This document shows, piece by piece, positions 19,586 through 30,253 of a stretch of DNA of 64,000 nt (position 1 is its first letter; each line of letters begins with the position of its first letter). The stretch is from the NCBI GenBank assembly GCA_024743275.1, contig JANSWW010000007.1:151162-215161 (forward strand), in the 5' to 3' direction. This DNA is from Alphaproteobacteria bacterium (GTDB taxonomy: Bacteria; Pseudomonadota; Alphaproteobacteria; JANSWW01). The translations under genes and the position numbers were made by a program. Under the pieces are notes generated by a model, which saw nothing but the letters and a program-made list of their open reading frames with translations, made no database searches and was not told where the DNA came from.

Positions 19586-20446
19586 CTAGGTCCGCAACAG
19601 CTCGTTGATCGAGGTCTTGGCTCGGGTTTGCTCGTCGACCCGCTTCACGATGACGGCGCAATAGAGCGACGGCCCGGGCTGGTTGGTGCCCGGCAGGGTG
19701 GTCGAGCTCGGCATCGAGCCGGGGACGACGACGGAGTAGGCCGGAACCCGGCCCATATGGATCTCGCCCGTGGTTCGGTCGACGATCTTGGTCGACGCGC
19801 CGATGAAAACGCCCATGGAGAGCACCGAGCCCTCCTCGACGATCACGCCCTCGACCACCTCGGAACGGGCGCCGACGAAGCAGTTGTCCTCGATGATCAC
19901 CGGATCGGCCTGCAGCGGCTCGAGAACGCCGCCGAGACCGGCGCCGCCGGAGATGTGGCAGTTCTTACCGACCTGGGCGCAGGACCCGACGGTCGCCCAG
20001 GTGTCGATCATCGTGCCGGAGTCCACGTAGGCACCGAGATTGATGAAGCTGGGCATCACCACCACGCCGGGCGCCACATAGGCGGAACGGCGGATCGTGC
20101 AGTTCGGGACGGAGCGGAAACCGGCTTTCTGGAAATCGGCGTCGGTCCAGCCGGCGGTCTTCGGCGGCACCTTGTCCCACCAGGGTGCGTCGCCCATGCC
20201 CGGGAAGTTCGGGCCGCTGGTGATCGGAACCATGTCGTAGATCCGGAACGACAGCAGGACGGCCATTTTCAGCCACTGATTGACATGCCAGCCCTCCGGG
20301 CCTTTCTCCGCGACGCGGTAGGTGCCGCTGTCGAGGCCGTTGATCGCCTCCTCGATGGCATCGCGCACCGCGCCCTTGGTGGCCGGCGAGATCTGGTCGC
20401 GGTCTTCCCAGGCTTGTTCGATGGTGGCTTTGAGATCGGCTGTCAT
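19586..20446 (-). CDS. dapD: 2,3,4,5-tetrahydropyridine-2,6-dicarboxylate N-succinyltransferase
   Basis: Hexapeptide-repeat transferase with the alphaproteobacterial DapD-type N-terminus. Confidence 0.9.
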   Translation of the reverse strand: MTADLKATIEQAWEDRDQISPATKGAVRDAIEEAINGLDSGTYRVAEKGPEGWHVNQWLKMAVLLSFRIYDMVPITSGPNFPGMGDAPWWDKVPPKTAGWTDADFQKAGFRSVPNCTIRRSAYVAPGVVVMPSFINLGAYVDSGTMIDTWATVGSCAQVGKNCHISGGAGLGGVLEPLQADPVIIEDNCFVGARSEVVEGVIVEEGSVLSMGVFIGASTKIVDRTTGEIHMGRVPAYSVVVPGSMPSSTTLPGTNQPGPSLYCAVIVKRVDEQTRAKTSINELLRT

Positions 20447-20535
20447 GGGATCGGTTGCTCCGTAGGGGTAAACGCTGTCCGGTGCGGGTACCGTGCCACC
20501 GCCGTCAAGTCAATGCGCGGTTGATCGCGCATGGG

Positions 20536-21261
20536 TCAACCGAGGGCGGTTCTAAGATAGGCCGTGAGATCGTCCGCCCGGTGATGGATATGGGTCGCGT
20601 CCGGGGCGGGATGGGACCATTCCGGCCCGCTGGATACCCACAGGGTGCGCATGCCCCGCTCATGGGCGGGCAGCAGATTCTTCGCCATGTCCTCGACCAT
20701 GATCGTCGTCGCCGGATCGATGCCGTGCAGATCGATCACCTGGTCATAGGGGCGGGGATCGGGTTTCGGGATGAAGTCGGCGCCAACGATGTCGAAGATG
20801 TCGTCGAACAGATCCCGGGCCCCCAGGCGGTCGAGAACCGCCTCGGCATGGCGCACCGTGCCGTTGGTGAAGATGATCTTGCGGCCGGGCAGTCGGCGCA
20901 GCACTTCCGTCATCGCACCGTCGGCCGGGACCGGGCTGTAGTCGATGTCGTGGACATAGGAGAGGAAGGCGTGCGGGTCGATGCCATGTTCGGTCATCAG
21001 GCCCCTGAGCGTGGTGCCGTGCTTGCGGAAAAGGTCCTTTTGCAGGGCGCGCGCTTCTTCCTTGGGTAGTGCCATTTCATCGCTTATCCAAAAGGTCATC
21101 CGCCAGTCGACTTGGGAAAACAGATTGCATTCCGGCGGATACAGCGTGTTGTCCAAGTCAAAAAGCCAAGTATCTATACTTTCGATTGAAAATGGAATGA
21201 GCTTATCCGCGTCTTCCGTCCCGGATTGGTGTGCGGATTCTGCGGGGAGTTTGGGATTCAT
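20536..21261 (-). CDS. HAD-superfamily hydrolase (pyrimidine 5'-nucleotidase-like); start uncertain (21261 or 21285)
   Basis: WLFDLDNTLY motif I plus FTNGT and MVEDM motifs. AAGGA lies 8 nt upstream of the ATG at 21261. Confidence 0.7.
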   Translation of the reverse strand: MNPKLPAESAHQSGTEDADKLIPFSIESIDTWLFDLDNTLYPPECNLFSQVDWRMTFWISDEMALPKEEARALQKDLFRKHGTTLRGLMTEHGIDPHAFLSYVHDIDYSPVPADGAMTEVLRRLPGRKIIFTNGTVRHAEAVLDRLGARDLFDDIFDIVGADFIPKPDPRPYDQVIDLHGIDPATTIMVEDMAKNLLPAHERGMRTLWVSSGPEWSHPAPDATHIHHRADDLTAYLRTALG

Positions 21262-21305
21262 TGTAGCGTCCTTCTCAAGACCCATTATAACGTGGGCGCG
21301 ATTTA

Positions 21306-23057
21306 GTGGATGGGTGCCCAGTGAGTGAAATAGAAAAACAACGCTCCGGTGATGCCGGAGCGCGGTCGCCCAATGTGCCAGGGGGCGATTTCCAGCCGAC
21401 CGATCACGTCAGCGCCTTCGAGGACGGCGGCGCCTACGCTTCGCTGCCGGTACCGCTGTGGATCTGCAACGACACCGGCATCGTCCTGCACAAGAACAAG
21501 GCGGCGGACCCGGTTCTCGATCGGATGACCGGAAATCAATTGGCGAATTTGATCGCCGAGGCAACCCCCGGTCTGCCCCGGAAGGAGATGATCTCCCTCG
21601 AACCGGAACGACCCGGCGACGCCGGGGTGATCTTCGAGGTGGTGACCCAGCGCGACGAGGGCGGCAAGGCCCTGTTCGTGGCGCGGGACGCGACCTTGGA
21701 CCATCGCCTGCGGGAGGCCCTGGTCGATTCGCGGCAGCGGTTCAAGGATCTGGTCGAAATGTCGACCGACTTCGCCTTCGAAACGGACAAGGACGGGCGC
21801 TTCACCTTTGTGTCCGCGGAGACCTTTTTGGGCTACAGCGCCGACGAGTTGGTCGGGGCGGTGGCCTCGACCCTGCTGGCGAAGCCCGAGCTGGAGCGCA
21901 TCGATCCCTTCTGTCCTCCGGAGGCGATCCAGGGGCGGACCGTCTGGTGCCGCCGGCGCACCGGGGATCTCGCCTATTTGAGGGTCGCCGCCTCGCCGAT
22001 GGTAACGACCGCGGGCACGGTGATGGGCGCGCGCGGCGTCGCCCGGGACGAGACCGCCAATCAGGCCAACGAGATGCACCTCTCCCGGGCGCGGGAGCAG
22101 CAGCGGGTAATCGCCCATATTCTGCGCACGATCCGTGAGGAGGCGGATCCCGAGGATATGCTGAACGCGGCGACCCGGACCTTGGCCCGCGCGCTGTCGG
22201 CCAACGCCGTGCGGCTCTATCGGCGGGCGCCGAGCGCGGTCGGCGACATGGTATTCCGCTCCGTCTCCTCGGTTGGCGACATCGCGGAGGCGGTGGATCA
22301 TGCGGCGCGGCATCTGCTCGGTTACGAGGACGAGCCGGTTTCCCACATCAACGACGACCCGCGCAGCCTCGTCGTGCCGGCGACCTACCGCAAGCGCCTG
22401 AATGGCGGGCTCGCGGTGTGGCGTGACCGGACGGCGGAGCCCTTCGACGAGTCCGATATCGTGCTGCTGCAGGCGGTCGCCAGTCAGCTCGGGATCGCGC
22501 TGCAGCAGATGGGCAACCAGGAGCAGCTCAAAAAGATGTCCGAGACGGACGGACTGACCGGTCTTCTTAACCGCCGGACCTTTATCGACCGGCTGAGCAC
22601 CCGGCTCGCGACGGAAGAGGGCTGCGGCGTGCTCGCCTATGTCGATCTCGACAACTTCAAGACGGTCAACGACATGGTCGGGCATGCGGAGGGCGATGCG
22701 GTGCTGACCACGCTGGCCGACGCGTTGTCCGCGCTGTGTACCAAGCAGGATATCGCGGCCCGGCTGGGGGGCGACGAGTTCGTGCTCTGGCTGGAGGGTG
22801 TGCCCCGCGACAAGGCCGAGGGCGCGGGAGAGACGGTTCTCAATCGCTGCGAGCCGATCCGGGGGTTCACGGTCGATCCGGAAAAACCCGTCGGTGTGTC
22901 CGTCGGGATCGCGCCCTGGGTGCCGGAGACCGGAGACGCGGTCGATTCGCTGATGGCCCGGGCCGATTACGCGATGTACGAGGTCAAACACGGCTCCAAA
23001 GGCGCCGTCGCCGTCGCGGATATCGATGTTGTCATTGACGATCAGGGAATGGGTTGA
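21306..23057 (+). CDS. Sensor diguanylate cyclase (PAS/GAF-type N-terminal sensor domains + GGDEF)
   Basis: C-terminal LLNRRTF...VDLDNFKTVND...RLGGDEFVLWL GGDEF signature. Confidence 0.8.
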   Translation: MDGCPVSEIEKQRSGDAGARSPNVPGGDFQPTDHVSAFEDGGAYASLPVPLWICNDTGIVLHKNKAADPVLDRMTGNQLANLIAEATPGLPRKEMISLEPERPGDAGVIFEVVTQRDEGGKALFVARDATLDHRLREALVDSRQRFKDLVEMSTDFAFETDKDGRFTFVSAETFLGYSADELVGAVASTLLAKPELERIDPFCPPEAIQGRTVWCRRRTGDLAYLRVAASPMVTTAGTVMGARGVARDETANQANEMHLSRAREQQRVIAHILRTIREEADPEDMLNAATRTLARALSANAVRLYRRAPSAVGDMVFRSVSSVGDIAEAVDHAARHLLGYEDEPVSHINDDPRSLVVPATYRKRLNGGLAVWRDRTAEPFDESDIVLLQAVASQLGIALQQMGNQEQLKKMSETDGLTGLLNRRTFIDRLSTRLATEEGCGVLAYVDLDNFKTVNDMVGHAEGDAVLTTLADALSALCTKQDIAARLGGDEFVLWLEGVPRDKAEGAGETVLNRCEPIRGFTVDPEKPVGVSVGIAPWVPETGDAVDSLMARADYAMYEVKHGSKGAVAVADIDVVIDDQGMG

Positions 23058-23060
23058 GCG

Positions 23061-24365
23061 ATGAGTTCGGGCCGCGCCAAACCGTCTTTCGGCACCGTCA
23101 AGAAGGACGCCGCCTATAACGCCGCCAAGCGGGTGGCCGCCTCCGGGACCGAGAAGGCCCGCCGGGACATCGCGCAACGCAGCGATATCCCGAAGGAGAT
23201 CCTCTACTTCCTGGCCGGCGACAAGGACGCCTCCGTCCGCTCCGCCGTCGCCCGCAACCGCTCGACGCCGCAACAGGCGGACCTGCTGCTCGCCACGGAC
23301 GATAGCGAGGACGTCCGCGCCACGCTCGCCGTCAAGGTGCTGGAAAGCCATTCGGCCGGCGGCTCGGAACCGGCGGCCGAAAAGAAGCTTGAGGCGGTGA
23401 GCCTGCAGGCCCTGCAGCAGCTCGCGAAGGATCAACTGCCCCGTATCCGGGCGATCCTCGCCGACACGCTGAAACATCGCGAGACCGCGCCCAAGGATGT
23501 GATCGACCGCCTGGCCCGGGATCTCGAGCCCTCGGTGGCGTTGCCGATTCTGAGGCATTCGCCGTTGCTCAGCGAATCCGATCTGATCGACATCGCGGGC
23601 GGAACGGTGGCGCCGGGCGGCCTGTCCGCCGTGGCGGAACGGGAGGGGATTTCCGCCGATCTCACCGACGCGCTCGTCGCCTCGAAGGACGTCGAGGCGA
23701 TCGCGACGCTGCTGTCCAACAAGTCGGCGCAGATCCGGGAAGAGACCCTGGACAGCATCATCGAACAGGCCCCGAAACATGTCGCCTGGCACGAACCGCT
23801 CGTCCGCCGGCCGAAGCTCACCGCCAAGGCGATCACCGCACTGGCCGGTTTCGTCGCCAGTGCCCTGGTCGAGGAGCTGCGGCAGCGCGACGATGTCGAC
23901 CAGGTCACCGCCGAAGCGATCGCCGAGGCCGTGCGCAAGCGGATCGACGGCGGCGAGCAGGATCTGATCGGCCTCGATCCCGGGGCGGGTAAGGAAAAGG
24001 CCAAGGAAGAGGCGTGGGAGGAAGTGAACCGGGTCTGGCGGGCCGGGAAACTCGACGACGACTATTTCATCGACCGGGCGCTTGCCGGCAGCATGGACCT
24101 GGTCGCGGCCGGCTTGGCCCTGCTGGGCGATATTCCCGAGCCGTCCGCCGAAAAGATGCTGGTCTCGCAAAGCGCCCGGGCGGTGATGGCGGTCTGCTGG
24201 CGGGCCGGCCTGTCGGCCCAGACCTGTTACGAGATCCAGATGACCCTGGCCCGGATCTCACCGAATGCGGCCCAGCAGCCCGAGGGCGGCGGGCATTATC
24301 CCGCGAGCGAGAGCGATCTCACCTGGCAGCTCGAACTGTTCGAGGCGATTCCCGAGAGCGGTTGA
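23061..24365 (+). CDS. DUF2336-family protein (hypothetical, typical of alphaproteobacteria)
   Basis: Repeated helical modules with conserved PKEILYFLAGD and SVR-type segments. Confidence 0.55.
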   Translation: MSSGRAKPSFGTVKKDAAYNAAKRVAASGTEKARRDIAQRSDIPKEILYFLAGDKDASVRSAVARNRSTPQQADLLLATDDSEDVRATLAVKVLESHSAGGSEPAAEKKLEAVSLQALQQLAKDQLPRIRAILADTLKHRETAPKDVIDRLARDLEPSVALPILRHSPLLSESDLIDIAGGTVAPGGLSAVAEREGISADLTDALVASKDVEAIATLLSNKSAQIREETLDSIIEQAPKHVAWHEPLVRRPKLTAKAITALAGFVASALVEELRQRDDVDQVTAEAIAEAVRKRIDGGEQDLIGLDPGAGKEKAKEEAWEEVNRVWRAGKLDDDYFIDRALAGSMDLVAAGLALLGDIPEPSAEKMLVSQSARAVMAVCWRAGLSAQTCYEIQMTLARISPNAAQQPEGGGHYPASESDLTWQLELFEAIPESG

Positions 24366-24406
24366 CGCGTCCACCCGTTGCCTACCGTGGGGTCCTGATC
24401 GGGGGA

Positions 24407-25312
24407 TCAGCGGATCAGCGTGCCCGCCCCGTGTTCGGTGAAGATCTCCAAAAGGCAGATATGCTCGATCCGGCCGTCGAGGATGACCGCGGCCTTCACG
24501 CCGTCGCGGACCGCCTTGGCGCAGGTTTCCACCTTGGGGATCATGCCGCCGGAAATCGTGCCGTCGGCCCGGAGCCCCTCGATCTGGTCCACTTCGAGAA
24601 CCGGGATAAGCTCCTTGTTCTTGTCGAGCACGCCCTCGACATCCGTCAGCATCAACAGCCGCGCCGCATTGGTCGCCGCCGCGACGGCGCCGGCCGCGGT
24701 GTCGGCGTTGATGTTGAAGGTCTCGCCGTTCGGACCGGCGCCGATCGGGGCGATCACCGGGATGATCCGGCTGTCCTCGAAGGTCGCGAGGATCGACGGG
24801 TCGATCACGTCCGGCTCACCGACGAAACCGAGATCGATCTGCTCCTCGATCAGTGAATCGGTCTGGCGACGGTGCACCAGCTTCTTCGCCTTGATCAGCC
24901 CGCCGTCCTTACCCGAAAGGCCGACGGCGAGGCCACCGACATTCTGGATCGCGGTGACGATCTGTTTGTTGATGGCGCCCGCCAGGACCATCTCCACGAT
25001 GTCCACGGTCTCCGCGTCGGTGACCCGCAGGCCGTCGACGAAGGTCGACTGGATCCGCAGGCGTTCCAGCATGCGGCCGATCTGCGGGCCGCCGCCATGG
25101 ACCACGACCGGGTTCACCCCGACCTGCTTCAACAGCACCATGTCCCGGGCGAAGGTTTCGGCCAGCGCCTGATCGCCCATGGCATGACCGCCATATTTCA
25201 CGACGACGGTCTTGCCGGCATAGCGCCGCATGTAGGGCAGCGCTTCGGTGATGGTCTGCGCGGTCGCCAGGAACCGGCGGGCGGAGGCGGTATTGTGTTT
25301 GCTCGTCGACAT
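24407..25312 (-). CDS. argB: Acetylglutamate kinase
   Basis: [20 protein letters not shown] and other amino-acid kinase motifs. Confidence 0.9.
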   Translation of the reverse strand: MSTSKHNTASARRFLATAQTITEALPYMRRYAGKTVVVKYGGHAMGDQALAETFARDMVLLKQVGVNPVVVHGGGPQIGRMLERLRIQSTFVDGLRVTDAETVDIVEMVLAGAINKQIVTAIQNVGGLAVGLSGKDGGLIKAKKLVHRRQTDSLIEEQIDLGFVGEPDVIDPSILATFEDSRIIPVIAPIGAGPNGETFNINADTAAGAVAAATNAARLLMLTDVEGVLDKNKELIPVLEVDQIEGLRADGTISGGMIPKVETCAKAVRDGVKAAVILDGRIEHICLLEIFTEHGAGTLIR

Positions 25313-25332
25313 GGCGCGGGACAGTAACGAGT

Positions 25333-26004
25333 TTAGGCGGGTTGCGCTAGACGGGCGAGCACGGCCCGCAATTCCGGGATGCCGGTCCCCTTATCGGCGC
25401 TGGTCACGGCGATGTCCGGATGGGCGGCGACCCGTTTCGCGATTGCCTCCGCGACGCTCCCTTTGACGGCGGCGAGCCCCTTGCCGGTCTGCTTGTCGGC
25501 CTTGGTCAGGACGACCTGATAGTTGACCGCGCTCTCGTCCAACAGGTCCATCACCTGGATGTCCGTCGGCTTCAGGCCGTGGCGGCTGTCGACCAGGACA
25601 AGGCAGCGCTTGAGCTCGGGCCGGCCGCGCAGATAGTCGGTGATGAACCGGCTCCAGGCGGCGGATTGGGCCTTCGAGACCTTGGCGTAGCCATAGCCGG
25701 GCAAGTCCGCGAGGACGAGACGGCCGCCGAGATCGAACAGGTTGATCTGCTGGGTCCGACCCGGAGTGTTGGAGGTGCGCGCCAGCGTCTTGCGGTTGGT
25801 CAGCGCGTTGACCAGGCTCGACTTGCCCACATTGGAGCGGCCGGCGAACGCGACTTCCGGCAGGCCGCCGGAGGGCATGTGATCGAGCCCGACCGCGCCG
25901 GCGATGAACCGGCATTCCTGGGCGAAAAGCAGCCTGCCCGCTTCGAGTTCGGCCGGGGTCAGCTCCTCGTCGCCGGCGATCGGATCGGTTGTCGGGCCGG
26001 TCAT
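25333..26004 (-). CDS. engB: Ribosome biogenesis GTPase EngB/YsxC (YihA)
   Basis: [17 protein letters not shown]1 motif and DLPGYGYA G3 motif; start set at MTGPTTD to avoid overlap with yidC. Confidence 0.85.
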   Translation of the reverse strand: MTGPTTDPIAGDEELTPAELEAGRLLFAQECRFIAGAVGLDHMPSGGLPEVAFAGRSNVGKSSLVNALTNRKTLARTSNTPGRTQQINLFDLGGRLVLADLPGYGYAKVSKAQSAAWSRFITDYLRGRPELKRCLVLVDSRHGLKPTDIQVMDLLDESAVNYQVVLTKADKQTGKGLAAVKGSVAEAIAKRVAAHPDIAVTSADKGTGIPELRAVLARLAQPA

Positions 26005-26014
26005 GCGGGGCGGC

Positions 26015-27784
26015 TCAGCTCGTCGCCTTGCCGCCGCCGATGGCAACACCCATCCGCCGCATGATCACATATTGCTGCAGGATCGACAGTGCGTTGTTCC
26101 ACGCCCAGTAGATCACCAGCCCGGCGGGGAAGCTGGCCAACAGGAAGGTGAAGACGAAGGGAAGGGCCATGAAGATCTTCTGCTGCATCGGATCCGGCGG
26201 CGGCGGATTGAGTTTCTGCTGCATATACATGGTGGCCCCCATGATCAGCGGCCAAATGCCGATCATCAGGAAGGTCGGCGGATCCCAGGGAATAAGCCCG
26301 AACAGATTGAACATGGTCGTCGGGTCGGGCGCCGAGAGATCCTGGATCCAGCCGTAGAAGGGCTGGTGACGCATCTCGATGGTGACGAACAGCACCTTGT
26401 AGAGCGCGAAGAAGACAGGGATCTGCACGAGGATCGGCAGACAGCCGGCCGCCGGGTTTACCTTTTCGGTCTTGTAGAGATTCATCATCTCCTGATTGAG
26501 GCGTTGTTTGTCCTCGCCGAACTTTTCGCGCAAGGCGACCATCTTCGGCTGCAGCTCCTTCATCTTGCTCATCGCCTTGTAGGACTTGTTGGCGAGCGGG
26601 AAGAAGACGAGCTTGATAAGCACGGTGAAAATCAGGATCGCGACCCCGAAATTGCCGACCGCCCGATAGAAGAAGTCGAGCGCGTAGAAGAACGGTTTGG
26701 TCAGGAAGAACAGCCAGCCGAAGTCCACCGCCAGGTCGAAATTCGTAATACCCAGTTCCTCGGAATAGCGGTCGAGGAGGTGGACTTCCTTGGCGCCGGC
26801 GAAGACCCTCGATTCGAAAGTCGCCTCGGCGCCGGGCGCGACCTCGAAGGCGCCGCCGCGGATGTCGGTCTGATAGCGGTCGCGGCCGTTCGTCAGCGTG
26901 TGGACGAAGCGGGTGTCGGCCCGCTGGTCCGGCGCCAGGGCCAGGGCGGCGAGCCAATACTTATCCGTGATCCCGATCCAGCCGCCGGTGGTGGTGTCTT
27001 CGATGGTCCCGCGCGGCTCGTCCTGGAGATCGTCGTAGTCGTGCTCCACCAGGGTCTCTTGCAGGACGCCGATCAGCCCTTCATGCAGGATGAAGAAGCC
27101 CGAGACCGGCGGGGTGCCGGCCCGGCTGATCAGGCCGTAGGGATACAGCGTGGCGCGCTGGTCGCCGGTGTTGCGCACGGTCTGGGTGACCGTGAACATG
27201 AAGTCCTCGTCCATCGCCAGGCGCCGTTCGAAGACAAGGCCCTGACCGTTGTCCCAGCTCAGCGTGACCGGCGTTTCAGGGGTCAGCGTGTCGCGGTCGG
27301 CGGTCCACACGGTCTCCGGCGTCGGCACCGGCACGTCGCCGGCGGCGCTGATCCAGCCATGCTCGGCGTAATAGGCGAAGCGGGTATTGGACGGCGAGAA
27401 CAGTTGGATGAGGTCGCTGTCCTCCGCCACGGTCTGGCGATAGTCGTTCAGGACGATATCGTCGATCCGCGCCCCTTTGAGCGCCAGCGATCCGGTCACG
27501 CGGTTTGACCGGATCTCGATCCGTTCCGACGACCGGATGGCGGCGTCGCGGCTTTCCTCGGTGATCTGGGCCAGTTGCTGGGTGGTCAGGGCGCCACCGA
27601 CTCCGGCCGTGGGCGCGGTGCCAGGCGCGGACGGCGCGGTGCTGACGGTCCCGTCCTCCAGCACGATCTCCTCCTGAGGCGGCGGCGGCGGATTGAGCCC
27701 GAAGGTCTCGAAAGCGAGCTGAACGACGATGATCAGACCAAGCGACAGGACAATGGCCAGGATCATATTCTTTTGGTCTTGCAT
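26015..27784 (-). CDS. yidC: Membrane protein insertase YidC
   Basis: N-terminal TM helix, large periplasmic domain and the conserved C-terminal five-TM core (...MMNLYKTEKVNP...). Confidence 0.9.
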   Translation of the reverse strand: MQDQKNMILAIVLSLGLIIVVQLAFETFGLNPPPPPQEEIVLEDGTVSTAPSAPGTAPTAGVGGALTTQQLAQITEESRDAAIRSSERIEIRSNRVTGSLALKGARIDDIVLNDYRQTVAEDSDLIQLFSPSNTRFAYYAEHGWISAAGDVPVPTPETVWTADRDTLTPETPVTLSWDNGQGLVFERRLAMDEDFMFTVTQTVRNTGDQRATLYPYGLISRAGTPPVSGFFILHEGLIGVLQETLVEHDYDDLQDEPRGTIEDTTTGGWIGITDKYWLAALALAPDQRADTRFVHTLTNGRDRYQTDIRGGAFEVAPGAEATFESRVFAGAKEVHLLDRYSEELGITNFDLAVDFGWLFFLTKPFFYALDFFYRAVGNFGVAILIFTVLIKLVFFPLANKSYKAMSKMKELQPKMVALREKFGEDKQRLNQEMMNLYKTEKVNPAAGCLPILVQIPVFFALYKVLFVTIEMRHQPFYGWIQDLSAPDPTTMFNLFGLIPWDPPTFLMIGIWPLIMGATMYMQQKLNPPPPDPMQQKIFMALPFVFTFLLASFPAGLVIYWAWNNALSILQQYVIMRRMGVAIGGGKATS

Positions 27785-27787
27785 GGC

Positions 27788-28099
27788 TTACCGCTTTACC
27801 GGCGGAGGGGGCTCCGCGTTATGAGAACAACAGGAAGTGGCTTCCGGCACAGGGTCATACCCCGAACCGCCCCAGGGATGACAGCGGCAAAGCCGCGTGG
27901 CGGTCAGAAATCCACCACGGATCGCCCCATGGGTCCGCAAAGCCTCCACCGCGTATTCCGAGCAGCTCGGAACAAAACGGCATGGCGCGCCATATAGGGG
28001 CGAAAGCAGCAGCCGCCAAGCGTGCATGAAGCCGAGAAGCAACCGTGCCGCAATGGATGTGCGATCGGGGGAAGGCCTCTTGGGACCGTGGGCGGTGCA
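27788..28099 (-). CDS. yidD: Membrane protein insertion efficiency factor YidD
   Basis: LSPLYGAPCRFVPSCSEYAVEALRTHG...CHPWGGSGYDPVP. Confidence 0.8.
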   Translation of the reverse strand, partial: CTAHGPKRPSPDRTSIAARLLLGFMHAWRLLLSPLYGAPCRFVPSCSEYAVEALRTHGAIRGGFLTATRLCRCHPWGGSGYDPVPEATSCCSHNAEPPPPVKR

Positions 28100-28106
28100 C
28101 ATCCGG

Positions 28107-28646
28107 TCAGGCCTCCGCCCGGCCCGGGCCGCTGTCGGCGCCCCGCCCGTCCTTTGGATGCGCGTGCCTCGCAAGGGTCTTGGTGCGCCTCAGCGCCTGC
28201 AGGAGATCGTCCCGTAGATCCGAGAACGCCCGGGTCGGGGTCGATCCGCGGGCGATCAGCACATAGTCGTGCCGCGGGAGGGCGGCGGCGGGCAGGATCT
28301 CGTGGGCCAGCGCACGCAAACGGCGGCGTGCCCGGTTCCGGGCCACCGCGTTACCGACTTTCTTGGAAGCGGTGAGGCCGTAGCGCATGTCGGAGGGATC
28401 CGATGCAGCCTCGAGGCGCCGCCGCACCTTCTCGTCATAGGGGGCCGCCTGGAGCACCAGGCCTTTCGCCGCCCATTTTCTGCGCGCACCCGCGACCCGG
28501 AGGAACTCCCAACGGTCCCGCAGACAGCCGAGCGTCGGCCCGTCCGCATCCGACCGGTCACAGTCGACCACGGGAGCCGAATCTATGGGAGTCGGGACGA
28601 TGGGGGCCGGGACTGTTTGGGCCGTGTTCGATTTTGTTGTCGACAT
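28107..28646 (-). CDS. rnpA: Ribonuclease P protein component
   Basis: RYGLTASKKVGNAVARNRARRRLR (RNR motif); sits in the conserved rpmH-rnpA-yidD-yidC context. Confidence 0.8.
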   Translation of the reverse strand: MSTTKSNTAQTVPAPIVPTPIDSAPVVDCDRSDADGPTLGCLRDRWEFLRVAGARRKWAAKGLVLQAAPYDEKVRRRLEAASDPSDMRYGLTASKKVGNAVARNRARRRLRALAHEILPAAALPRHDYVLIARGSTPTRAFSDLRDDLLQALRRTKTLARHAHPKDGRGADSGPGRAEA

Positions 28647-28681
28647 GGTCCACCCGGCGCGCCAAGCCTCAGGGGAGGCGA

Positions 28682-28816
28682 TTAGGCGGAAAGACGCTTG
28701 CGGCCCTTGGCACGACGCGCGTTGATGACCCGGCGACCGCCGACCGTCTTGATGCGGCTGCGAAAACCGTGGCGGCGCTTGCGGACAAGCCGGCTGGGCT
28801 GGTAGGTCCGTTTCAC
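28682..28816 (-). CDS. rpmH: 50S ribosomal protein L34
   Basis: Reverse-strand translation gives (M/V)[43 protein letters not shown] with a GTG start; not in the ORF track because it is under 60 aa. Confidence 0.85.
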   Translation of the reverse strand: MKRTYQPSRLVRKRRHGFRSRIKTVGGRRVINARRAKGRKRLSA

Positions 28817-28979
28817 CGGTCTACTCCTCTATTCCTGAATTGCATCCTGTTCGGAAAACGAGGGGCGGGTATAGTGAAGCCGGCGCGGAGAGTCAATGTT
28901 TTGTCACGCAATGCGCTGCTATAAGCGCTTCCGTCGGCGGGAGTCGGCCGGGATGATCGAGAGCGGGGGAAATCCTTAG

Positions 28980-30092
28980 GTGTCAGAGATTGGTATTTTG
29001 CCGTCGCAGGCGATCGCCGCGATGATCGAGGAGGGCGCGATTTCGGCCGGGGTACCGATCCCCGGGGAGCAAATCCAACCCGCCAGCATCGATCTCCGGC
29101 TCGGCCCGGTCGCCTTCCGCGTCCAGGCGAGTTTTCTGCCCGGCCGGGGTATCACGGTGGCGGACGAACTCGACCGTTTCGCCATGCACCGGATCGACCT
29201 TTCCGACGGGGCGGTTCTGGAGCGGGGCTGCGTCTATGTCGTCCCGTTGATGGAGCGCCTGGCGCTGCCGTCCGACGTCGACGGGACGGCCAACGCCAAA
29301 AGCTCCTCCGGCCGGCTCGATCTCTTTACCCGTCTTTTGACCGATGGCGGCGACAGTTTCGACCGGGTGCCCGCCGGTTATGACGGGCCGCTCTACGCCG
29401 AGATCGCGCCCCGGACCTTCTCCGTCCTGGTCCGCCCTGGGGCCCGACTCAATCAGATCCGTTTCCGTCGCGGTCATCCGGAACTGACCCATGCGGAAAT
29501 GGTCGATCTGCATCGCGACATGAAGCTGTCGACCATGCATCTCGAACCCGCCGATCTCGCCACCGGCCTGCCCTTCCATGTGGATCTGTCGGGGGCGTTG
29601 CAGGCGGGCGTGGTCGGATATCGGGCCCGGCGCAACACCCGGCTGGTCGATGTCGACAATATCGACGGCTACGATCCGCTCGATTTCTGGGAGCCCCTGC
29701 CGGTCCAGGCGGAGCGCGAACTGATCCTCAATCCCGACGACTTCTATATTCTGGCTTCCAAGGAGGAGGTGGTTGTACCGCCGAATTTCGCCGCCGAGAT
29801 GGTTCCCTACGACACCCTGGTCGGCGAGTTCAGGGTCCACTATGCGGGCTTCTTCGATCCCGGCTTCGGCTGGGCCGGCGCGGCGGCGCCCGGGGCGAAG
29901 GCCGGCGCCCGGGCGGTGCTCGAGGTTCGCTCCCGCGATGTCGCCTTCCGGATCCGCGACGGCCAGTTGGTCGGGCGGCTGATCTATGAGCGGCTCACCG
30001 AGACCCCGGAGAAGCTTTACGGCCGCGATATCGGCTCTACCTATCAGAGCCAGGGCCTGAAACTGGGCAAACAGTTCAAAGCGCTTTCCTAA
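28980..30092 (+). CDS. dcd: 2'-deoxycytidine 5'-triphosphate deaminase (long, ~370-aa form)
   Basis: GTG start; length and the N-terminal ASIDLRLG motif match long-form Dcd. Confidence 0.8.
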   Translation: MSEIGILPSQAIAAMIEEGAISAGVPIPGEQIQPASIDLRLGPVAFRVQASFLPGRGITVADELDRFAMHRIDLSDGAVLERGCVYVVPLMERLALPSDVDGTANAKSSSGRLDLFTRLLTDGGDSFDRVPAGYDGPLYAEIAPRTFSVLVRPGARLNQIRFRRGHPELTHAEMVDLHRDMKLSTMHLEPADLATGLPFHVDLSGALQAGVVGYRARRNTRLVDVDNIDGYDPLDFWEPLPVQAERELILNPDDFYILASKEEVVVPPNFAAEMVPYDTLVGEFRVHYAGFFDPGFGWAGAAAPGAKAGARAVLEVRSRDVAFRIRDGQLVGRLIYERLTETPEKLYGRDIGSTYQSQGLKLGKQFKALS

Positions 30093-30253
30093 TCGGGCTA
30101 AATCAGGGCACCCCGCCGGCGCTCTCCGCTTCGTGAATGGATATGAAAAGGCGCCCGGTGTGATTCGGACGCCGTTTGGGCCATATCCAGGGCATCGGGG
30201 ATCATCAACGACCCGGTCCCGCCACGGACCGGCCGCCAGGAGGGCACGCAGAG

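Noticed and set aside
21080-21300. ~220-bp lower-GC patch at the 5' end of the HAD hydrolase gene
   Set aside because: It is best explained as the divergent promoter/intergenic region between the HAD and GGDEF genes plus a short N-terminal extension of the HAD ORF. It is too short and gene-less to call an island.
21303-24170. 955-aa ORF on the minus strand spanning the GGDEF and DUF2336 genes
   Set aside because: It is antisense to two well-supported CDS. Its Arg/Gly/Pro/Asp-rich low-complexity translation is typical of spurious ORFs on the opposite strand of high-GC genes. No recognisable motifs.
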